Origin: Octopus sinensis
Lineage: Eukaryota
NCBI RefSeq assembly: GCF_006345805.1
Contig: NC_042998.1
Span: 110,732,001-110,796,000, forward strand
DNA: 64,000 bases
Direction: 5' to 3'
Within the stretch, counting starts at the first letter, position 1, and each line of letters begins with the position of its first letter. A program made the position numbers and the translations under genes. The notes below the pieces were generated by a model, which was not told where the DNA came from, searched no databases, and saw only the letters and a list, made by a program, of their open reading frames with translations. Of the stretch, positions 53,751-64,000 are shown one piece after another.

Positions 53751-55312
53751 TATTTGGGACTAGTGTACTGCAGGTGTCCTCGTACCTGCGACATCTTGAA
53801 TTTATCCAAGACACAACTGATCTGGAGCCTGAGCTTGTTGCTGCCTTCATACATTGCTATATTGCAACGTTTAGATTCATTCATGTATTAAGCATCTCAT
53901 CTGCTTAATATTATACAGGGTTACACAATTCAGTGTGTTCTTACATTTCGCAAATCAATAGGGGGCAGTTCAACATATATTTGTGTTCTATTCCTTGTGG
54001 GTCAAGTGGCAACGTTATGGTATCTGGTTGCTTACAGTCATTGGAAAACTTTCTTTAACGAAAACACCAGCGTAGTGTCGGATAATTACTTTCTGAACAC
54101 ATCAGAAACTATTTTTCCGCTTTTGCTTTTGCACTTTCGTAATAAAAATGGTAACTTTCTCTAGAATTATAAAAACCATTTCTCAAGTCTCTTTGATTTG
54201 AATATATTTGCTTGAAGGCCATAATGCATTATTCATTGGGTAGATCTTTTATGACTGTTCAGTTGGATTTGCAGACAGTCATAACATATGTAGAGTGTCA
54301 TATGTTTTGGGATATGATTCATTCATTACCTTTCATTCCAGTGTAACTGAGAAGCTTTACGATTATATTTGGAAAGAAAATTGCAGTGTTAATATTCACA
54401 TTCTGATAATGTTGTTCTCTGATATTCAGCAATCCTCTAGTCTACATTCATAAATGTGTTGGTAATGGAATTCTTATTTCTCTTATAATATGATTTGTGT
54501 TTAGTAGGTTAATTGCATACGATCAATTGTTATTCATTCAGTGACGTTACACTGCACAAAATTTTCACCTATACTTGTTCGCCTTACGGGGTTTATTGAC
54601 GATAATGCATGAATTTAATAAATCAATTTCGATTAAATTTCACTCACTTAATTTTTCATAATTTTGCACTGCTGTCAATTAACTATAAAATTCGAAGTTA
54701 TCGCTGCTATTCATTATTTCCTCCCAATGCAGTTACGTAATTCATTCTTTTGTCATTGTTTTGCATTTATTTGGGTCAAAGGACATTTTGCAGATTTGTG
54801 TAAGACTGTTTCTCGTATTCAGATTTCGAATGAGAGAACGTTTTCTTTATATTTCCTGAATTATGAGACAATGTATGAGAGGAACGTGATGAAGTTAGGT
54901 ATGTCATAACACATTTTGTCGTTGCGATTTAATAAAAACTATCTAGTTATTAAACCTTTAAAATACCCCTGTCATTACTTCCATGTAGAATACGTTTACA
55001 TTTTGTTTTTGTTTAGATTCTCTAAATAAGTGTCTCCCAGTTGGTTACTTTCATACAAACTGCATTAAAAGATTACATCAACATATTTTAATGTCCATTA
55101 TTATAATGGGTTATTGCCAATGCATTTAATTAAACTGAATAATTATAGAAAATGTACAGCAAAGGCGTCTGTAAATGATTCGCATTCATGTATAAATTAA
55201 GGCGAAAAATTCTTTGATTTACCTTCATTTGTTCTAATAGTTCTGGAATGTTTATAAATGTAATTCAATTCGAATTTCATTCTATGTTTCCAGTTCACAA
55301 CTTAAATCTGTG

Positions 55313-55432
<120 letters not shown>

Positions 55433-56684
55433 TTTATACCTGTTCTAGACTTTCAATGTAACGAAATATCTTGTGTCAAATCATGACGTATGAATTTCAC
55501 TAAGTATTGTGAAAGACTACAACACCTTAATGGCTCTTAGGCATACTAATACAACATTGGGATATTGTTTTTTACAGCCAGGTAACGGATTCTATACTTT
55601 GTGCAATTAAATATATATTCTATTTCTAAACATGTTTAGTCTGTTCTTGTTTTTCTCTAGTCTTTGTTTGAAGAATATTGCATGTAAGGCTGTTGAAATG
55701 GTATATGAAACAGGATTCTGTTGTTAAATATAACACAGTTAACTGAATATGTTACTGGTTTGTTTTGACGTTAGTTTTCTGTAGTTCATTTGTCATTTAC
55801 ATATATCCTTGAAAGTGGTATATACACTTGTCACCGCAAATACATCTTACATATATTATTTAGGATATGAAAACAATTTAGAAATTAAAATTATAAGGTC
55901 ATATTTCTTTCAAAACATTTAAAAATAAATGTTGTTATATGATTTATTGTATACTGATGTATTGACCTGTAAATATTCTTACCTTATCGGTATGTAATTT
56001 TACGTCTGCAAGGGATGGCACTAAACTTCTCTGTAGCTGTCTAGATTTCTACAAATATAACACTCTTTATATTCGATGAAAGTATATATCTTCATCGGTA
56101 TCAATATCGCTCTCATCTATTCTAGTTTTATTCCGATTAATACCGTTACATTTATCAGTGAAAGGTGTTATTATCGCTTTCAAAGAAACACTAGATACAT
56201 TCAATTATCACATTATTGATTTTCACTTTTGTCAAATAGTATCCTCCGGTGTTGTGTGGATTCGTTTAGACTTCTTAGGAAGTAAATGTTTGTTGCTGTT
56301 TCAGGCAGTCAGATATTCTATCATCTATACAGGTAAAATATAGTTCAAAGCTTCTACTAACGATGTATCGATTTCATGTCTTAACCTAGAATATGATTAT
56401 AATTGTTCGAACTATGTAGCTCCATTTTAGAGTTAAATATGTTCTTTATTACACATATGTATCCATAAGCAACATGTTGCGCACGAACGTGTTTATATGG
56501 TAGATTCTTATTTTCGAGATACATGTTCGTAGTTCGAATCCATGTTGCTACACATTACACAGGTGTAGAATATTCCTCATTTTTGTGATCCTATTCGGTT
56601 AGACACTCTCACCTGATTGGAATACTCATATTCCATCAATGCTCCCGCGTGGAAGTTGCCATGACGTTTTCCTCGAAATGACAA

Positions 56685-56719
<35 letters not shown>

Positions 56720-56739
<20 letters not shown>

Positions 56740-57900
56740 ACCAGCAGCAGTATAACCTTTGGGAAATTTTCCTTCCTTCTCTCCAACATACGCTGGCATC
56801 GCTCCAATATGGATCTTACTTAACATTTCCCACCACAAAGAGGCCAGACATATTTTTCCACCTTGGGACACAAATTCCTCATCTCCTATATCCAACGTGT
56901 GTCAGCTGTGCAAGCCATTTTCTGTATTATCATTCCGTCCCAAAAATTGATACCTGCGCTTCGTATATTCCACCATTACTGCCTCTCACCTCTCTAAACG
57001 GGATAACAAAATGTCTTTCAATTGTTTTGGATAACTTTTTTCTCCTGTAGTCCCCCAAATACATCTGCCGCCTATGTCGTTCGCATAATACACTGAAACC
57101 TTCTGCGTCTCTTCGACGACAATTCCTACACTGAATATATTATTCTTCCTCCCTCACGGAAATCATCGTTTTCAGTGTTATCAGCATCCGTACCTCTGTG
57201 TGAGTCTCTTTCTAATCCGACACATATATTGTTGGTGCAAGAGACATGACTGAACATGAAATTTTCTCATTGCCTTTGTGCATCCGGTATCGACGCTTAA
57301 ATACATGAAGCACCCTGCATATATTTATCACATAAAAACCTAATCAATATTAAACTGGAAATATCTCCAAAACTGTTGGTTCACCTAACCAAACCTCATT
57401 AAGACTACCCACACACCACAAATCTGCAAACAAGAGAATATCCTTACATATTGCACTCTATGGTACTTCTAATCAACCATCAGGATGGCATTATGCCAAT
57501 TTTATGCTAACTTCCCATTCAACACATCTGCATTACGCCTGATCAGTCAGAAACAGCTAAGAGAGTGTTGAAACTATTGTAATATGTATGTCCCTTCATA
57601 TTTCTCACCCAACAAGAGTTCACTACCCCAAAATTCCCGTGTAGTCAGCATGTAATAATAGAACGCTTTCAACACCTCATTCGATCAACTCCACTGAAAC
57701 ATAGGTGCACTCATGTTGTACTCATTCATGCAGCCTCATCATTCTCGTCTTTTCTTTTCCCACAACTTTTGTTGTGTCTAGTACGCCTGGGCCCACAATT
57801 ATCACTGCGCCCATTTCTTCCCAGAATTTTAACCCCGGATTTCCCACCTTGTTCATATCTTCTCCGCAGGTATTGAATTACATAGGTTCAACATGAATAT
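56720..57900 (-). mobile_element. Highly degraded retroelement-like sequence (possibly LINE endonuclease)
   Basis: The only motif is VGSLNEVWL (ETWL-like), plus a compositional shift; the family was not determined. Confidence 0.25.
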
Positions 57901-60108
57901 TTTTGGCATCAGTCTCACCTGTCAAATAGAGATTGTAAAGACCAATTTTACAAACCAAAATACAAAACAAAAAAATAATAATAAATTTATAATGAAAATT
58001 AATTTGATAGAATTTATATAGCTACGCCTTTAGTATTGAGTAGATCCAAATCCACATAGCTGCTTCATTTACGCTTACATATCCTTACAGAGAGATTCAT
58101 ATAATAACAGTGATAAGAAAATAAGTAACGTATGGAAGAATAATTATATCTACGAATTTATTGACAGTGAAGGAGGTTTATATGCGTATATATTTAAAAT
58201 AACAAATTGTTATGTAAAATATTAAATATAAATATTTTGGATTATTCAAATGTATACGCTGTATAATTTTGTAAGATAGTACTACTCTAGCTAATATGCA
58301 AAATATTTGCCTTTTGACAATATTAGAAAACTGGGTCATAGTTTATATTTTATTAGAAAGTTCTGAGGCAGTTTGTATTGTGCAGAATGATAATTATTTC
58401 AATGAATTAAAACGAAGTAAATGCCTACATTTCTGAGAAAAAGGAAAAGATATAGTTTTGGCGAATATCGCGAATCAGATATGTAAATCAATAGTGATCT
58501 TCCAACCCGTCCCTGAGGCTATATCTACTATGGAATACTCTAGCTTTTCAGTAACTTCTCTTGTGGTATTTTTCAAAACATTTTCTCTAATATTTTTATT
58601 TTGTTCTGCACAATACTAAGGCACTTATTCTTTTATTCAATTCTGGTAACATAATTTTGAATCTTTCTTTCAAATTTTATATTTATGAATACTTTATCAT
58701 ACATATTTCTATTACTTATTAAAATATTTACAGAATGTCTCTGCACTTTACTTCCTGTATTATATATATATATAATATAGTGAGAGATAGAGAGAGAAAG
58801 AGATACATACTCACACATATATACGTATATACGCACACACACATTCACATGCACACACACGTACATATACACACAAATAGGCTATATGCAGTATCTTTGC
58901 ACACACACCCTGGTGGCAACCTTTCTTCTATAGTCATTAATATTTCGTTATCTAAACATGTTTCTATTCGTTTCGAAACACGATATATGTTTTCTAACAT
59001 ATGTGGTTCACATTATATATTTAGTTTACCTTCAAGCACTATCATTTGGAATACAAATCTCTTTTTCTAGTATTATCAGATCTGACAAGGTAATGTGGAT
59101 GCTGAATTGATATTAAATATTTATAAGAAAGAAGGCAAAAGTGAAAAATCAAGGAAGAATTTTTGCTGATTATTGTAAGACTAAGTTCTCCGAAATTTCG
59201 ACTTGGACTTCACGTTTAATCTATACACTATTTCTGTTTTATACTTTCTTAAATACGTCACATTTTCAAATATCTCGGCGATGAAAACGTTGTCGAATTA
59301 AATGTACACACAATACTGCAAAATATGCTTATTGTATACTCTATCAGTCTTCGCGAAATGCTATTTCTACTCTAAACATTTTAGTGAGAAGTATTTGGTA
59401 ACTGTAGACTGCTACTAAATTCTGTGAACGAAAAAGAATGTTTTGAAACAAATTTGTTGAAATAAATTTTCAACAAATTAGACTAATATCTTAATTACTC
59501 AGCGGAGTATATATCAATTACTGCAAATGGTTAATAAAAATGTCACCCCTGGCTACGTGTTGACGAGAATTTACAACGACTCATTTACTGTGGTTCTAAT
59601 GTCGGGAATATGCAAACACAATGCAAAGAAACGAACCAAGGGACTCTATCTTTTCAATTTTCTAGCCGTTATTTGACAGTTTCATCAATGTACACAAATG
59701 AAAGACATGTCAACTGATATCTGCACAGGTTTCACCCATCCAAATTCCTCACAGAAAAGGTATGCATTTTGATCTTATCCCAGTGGCCAAGAAGGATGTG
59801 TTAAATGTTTTTCATCAATTTTCGAAAGGAGACTGGCTTAAAACATTTTTTTAATCTTAAAAATCTCACAGACTACCATTCAACTCAATCAGCTCCAACG
59901 AAAGCAATGAAAAATAATAATCGTTTCTAATATAACTACCAGGCCATAGATTTGGTTGAGCAGGGGTTTACTTGTTTGAATTATTGTCAGGGCTTGAGTA
60001 GCACTATTTGGTTTCCACCCAGACCAGTGAAAAGTAAAGTAGACCTCGGTGAGATTGAAATTAGAAAATTAAAAGACTAAAAGACTATCGATTTTGACTA
60101 CATATATT

Positions 60109-60154
<46 letters not shown>

Positions 60155-60164
60155 ATATATATAA

Positions 60165-60428
60165 TCACGTGATCACGTATCCTACCAGGTTATCAAATGG
60201 TTTACACATCGCTGGTCGCGATGCACATTGCATCGTTTTAGACTTTGAATGATGCCACCCTGCTGTCTAGGCGGGCAGGCCAACATTTTTCATTGATCGA
60301 AAGGGAGAATAGAGCAATGTGAAATGAATTGTGTTGCTCAATAACACAATGCATCGCCCATTCAAGGAAGCGAACCCATGATCTAGCTATCGTGAGTGAA
60401 ACACGCTAACCACAAAGCCACACGCCTT
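60165..60428 (-). mobile_element. tRNA-derived SINE, family D (head related to family C)
   Basis: The reverse strand reads GGCTTTGTGGTTAGCG...GGGTTCGCTTCC, then GAGCAACACAATTCATTTCACATTGCTC, similar to the family C central block but with a different tail. Confidence 0.75.
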
Positions 60429-61379
60429 CACACACACTCACTCACACACATAGATAGATAAATAGATATACATACATTTGTGTGTTTGTGTGTGTATGTT
60501 TAGGTGAGTGGAGAGGGAGCTTGAGGGATATACACACATATACTGATATATCTACATATATATAAAAGTATGTGTATGTGCATGAATGTTTTGTTTATGT
60601 GCATGTGTGTTTGAGTGTATAGTCGATGTATGGGTTTGGGTCGCATGTGCTCTGTCTGCTGCTTCATTTCTTAGAAAATATTTCATGGCTGCAATGTTCA
60701 TGATATCTTAATCAAATAAGTTATGAATATGTATACATCAACACACCACAATTATTAATTGATTATGATATATAAACCATAAATAAATAATTGAGCTTGG
60801 GGATTTTAATTCTTTCCCTTTGCACAAAGTATTTAACTCTGTCTGATTATTCACTAAATGATGCTACTAAGAAATATGAGCATCATATTTTGAGCGATAC
60901 GAAATGCTTAAGTTATTAAATTGGATTTCAAAGACTTCGGATCCGAGGCAATAGTAGACGAAATTGGATGCAAAGGAAAATGTAAATCAACGTGAGCTTA
61001 AATTTCGTTTGAGAAAAACATGGAATTAAATAGATTTTATCATCAGCGAGTAGCGCGAATTTCACCTCTACCAACCCCATTCAAATCGATATGTTATCAT
61101 CAAGTTGTTGGAGATGGTTTAATGCAAAGTTAAACATGAGTCGATTCTAACAACCATAATATGGAAAGGAAGGGTAAATGAAGTAACTATATACGATTTG
61201 CTACAGCAGATGTCTCTGCAGTAACATAATTACAGATGCTTGGCTGAAAGTACAGTAGAGAAGTTTTGAAACTTAGAAGATTTCCACCAGTTGAGTATTG
61301 ATGTATTATTTACATGTGTTCAAATCTTCCAGTATATATCCTACCCATTAAGGTTGAAGCAGAGGGGAGGGTAGAATCT

Positions 61380-61865
61380 ACAGGTCCAACTCTCTGACTT
61401 CACATATCAGCAAAGTCACGGAACGAAATATCGTGTCCTCCAAAATACCCATCATGGTTTCCTGTCCTCGCGTTCTGAAAGTTCGGAGGGTTGATCTAGC
61501 GAGACGAATGCATTTTGTTGCCAAATTAGGAATATGCACCTGGAAAGATGAATCATTACTCATTTCAGGGGTTGCAATTTCTCTTGGGCCAATGTATCTG
61601 CGTTTCGTTCAGCTTTGTATGCTGGTAGCTCAGAGCTGAGAATTTTTCAACATTATCTGCATGTTATTGTCTTCAGCTCACCTGTATATTGTATCCAACT
61701 CCCGTTCCAGATGAGCTTCATTTCCCGAGATATTAATCCCGAGAGACGTTTGTGCCATTTGCATAGCTAACAGGGGGCGGAGATCTGAGCTGCTGAGGGC
61801 ATGTCCGAGAGGGCATTATGAATAACAGTGACCCTAAGACAGTGCCCAGTGGCCATCACTGCCTG
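61380..61865 (-). mobile_element. CR1-type LINE RT remnant
   Basis: GTVLGSLLFI, a degenerate YA(D)DT, and MSNDSSFQVHIPNLATKC...LRTFRTRGQETM. Confidence 0.8.
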
Positions 61866-61899
61866 ACGTCTGGCTTTTAAAATGTCGTGTACCCACTCT

Positions 61900-62715
61900 C
61901 CAAGAAATGTGTGTGTGTGAATAGTGTGTGTCAGTGTGTATGTGTGAATGAGTGCGAGTGTGTGAATATATGTGGGCTAGCTGAAAATTATGTTGACCTG
62001 TGTATGTGCATAAATAATCCAGTATGTACATTATGTAGAGTGATGTGTACTCCATGTGCTAGTAGATATGTGAGTGTGAATATGGACGTGTGTATGTATA
62101 TGTGGAAATATCATGTGTGAGTGCAAATTCCCGGGCCTGTATGTAAGTATGTGTATAAATAACATAATGTACTTGTTGTGTGGAATGATGTACGTTTTGT
62201 GTATTTGTGTGTTGTGTGTGTGTGGGCGTATGGACGTGTGTATATGCGTGAGTATGCGTATGGGCGTGTGTATATGTGTGAGGCTAACGTGTGTGTGTTT
62301 GTGTGTGTGTTGCATGTAGCAGTTAATGTGTACTTATTCAGTGGGTGTGCACGTGACAGAAGAAAAGTTGCCATCAGTGTGTGTGTGCAAAGACACTGCA
62401 TATGGCCTATTTGTGTGTGCGCATGTGAATGTGTGTGCGTGCGTATATACGTATATATGTGTATGTGTCTGTGTATAGTGTATGTTTGTTGGTGAAAGTT
62501 ATCTGTCTATGCGCATTGCATGTGTTTATGCGTGTTACGGGGGTTTATTCGCGTTGAGTGTGTGTATATATATTGTCTGTGTTCAGGTAGTACGTGCTTG
62601 TGTAGGTGTGGGTCTGTGCCTGATGGTGTGTGGTGTGTGTACTGAGTTAAACAGTGTGTGGAACTGCCCGTATAGTGTTATGTGTGATGAGGTTATTGAA
62701 AGGTGTGTAGGTGTG
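61900..62715. repeat. GT-rich degenerate low-complexity tract
   Basis: Visible directly in the sequence. Confidence 0.8.
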
Positions 62716-62756
62716 TTTACAATTGGCGGATATTTGTCCTCATCTTGTTTGTTGTT

Positions 62757-62802
62757 AACACAACGTTTCGGCTGATATACCCTCCAGCCTTCATCAGGTG
62801 TC
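62757..62802 (-). ncRNA. Minimal type I hammerhead ribozyme (intact core, loopless palindromic stem III)
   Basis: The reverse strand reads GACAC-CTGATGA-a-GGCTG(gagggtatat)CAGCC-GAAAC-GTT-GTGTT. Confidence 0.85.
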
Positions 62803-62804
62803 TT

Positions 62805-62876
62805 GGGGCATATAGAGTAGTGGTTAAGAACGCGGGCTACTAATCCCAAGATTCCGAGTTCGATTCGAGGCGGTGA
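62805..62876 (+). ncRNA. tRNA-like (SINE head/pseudo-tRNA) segment with Pol III A and B boxes
   Basis: TAGTGGTTAAGA (A-box), a 7-nt loop CTACTAA and GAGTTCGATTC (B-box). The acceptor stem is poor, so it is not called as a functional tRNA. Confidence 0.7.
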
Positions 62877-63289
62877 CGTTGTGTTAACAACAAACAAGAT
62901 GAGGAGAAATATCCGTCAATTGTAAATAATGTAAATAATTCCTCATCTCTTAAATATAGAACAGTGTGTATGGGTGTTTGTATAATGGTGTGTGAGGGTA
63001 CCGAGGTAAGCGATGTGAAGGTATATAGGTGCAAGGGATGGGTAGTTGAATGTGGGAGGTGTGTGGGAATCAATCTAATGGCGTTGCCGAAGTTTTTGCC
63101 AGGAGTCTTTTTGCAATCTTATTCTACAGAAATTGCATCGTGAAAAAAGTCCCACGCGGTGCACGAAATCTTGAACTAAGGATCGAATTAACAAAGAAAT
63201 TCTGAATAACGAGTATTTTCGCTGAAATTTTATATTTTTGATGCATAGGTCTTTCTATGATGAATTTGCCATCGTTATCTATCCAGTTA

Positions 63290-63293
63290 TCTA

Positions 63294-63378
<85 letters not shown>

Positions 63379-63390
63379 TTATCTATCTAC
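63290..63390. repeat. (TCTG)n(TCTA)n microsatellite
   Basis: Visible directly in the sequence. Confidence 0.95.
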
Positions 63391-63607
63391 GCACACACAC
63401 ATATATATGCATATATATACATGTATATTTATGTTTATATAAATACATGTATATATATATATATGCATATATATATATATGTATATATATATGTGTGCAT
63501 ATATGTATATACATGTGTATAGGGGTGGGGAGTGTTTGCGTGTGTGGGAGGTGCGTGTGTATGTGTGTGGGTTTGTATATATACATATATTCATACATAC
63601 ACATATA

Positions 63608-63638
<31 letters not shown>

Positions 63639-64000
63639 GAAACCGTACCGTCTTATCGGCTGCAGGTGATTTCGGTCTTAACATAACGACGCCTATCGCT
63701 GTAATTTTCACCAAAGGCATGTAGAAACACACTTCTTTACTTTTGGTAAATATAGTAGACATTTAAGATGAAATTACTAAATAAACCTTTTGTCTGCCAG
63801 TGTCTTTTTTTGTAGTGCGTAAAAATCAACAGTAAAGTTTTATTTGTTTCCCTTGAACTAAGTCTCTAAATGTGAGTGTGTGTGTGTGCGCGTAAAATCA
63901 TGTGTGTATGTATTTCTACACGCATACCTATATTTGCATACATACAATATAAATATGTTTATTTTACAATTTACATCGATTTTCTGTTTTACTCTGGTTT

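Noticed and set aside
62805-62876. Functional tRNA-Ser(ACT)
   Set aside because: The acceptor stem is poor, there is no long variable arm, and it is embedded in a repeat cassette; treated as a tRNA-derived head.

Overview
AT-rich, microsatellite-dense eukaryotic genomic DNA. The repeat style suggests a cephalopod such as octopus, but this is inference only. I found no intact host protein-coding gene, and most ORFs in the track are translations of microsatellites. The window is mostly transposon debris: four tRNA-derived SINE families, three mariner relics, and fragments of CR1, RTE, L1/Tx1, R4/Dong-like, Penelope-like (PLE) and Helitron elements. Five patterns go beyond that. (1) Type I hammerhead ribozymes: two with intact cores (9579-9621, 62757-62802), one near-intact (45846-45906) and several decayed. 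Several sit inside inverted-repeat units, and one abuts a tRNA-like Pol III head. (2) At least four co-oriented, minus-strand, heavily decayed class A GPCR-like relics, two of which appear to carry paralogous multi-kb ectodomain relics. (3) A tandem stack of R4/Dong-like 3' ends, each abutting (CATA)n. (4) A gag/ORF1-only element with a tandem ETS motif upstream and twin hairpins downstream. (5) Large fold-back palindromes at 40.6-41.7 kb. All protein and RNA assignments come from manual translation and folding with no database search, and pseudogene boundaries are approximate.
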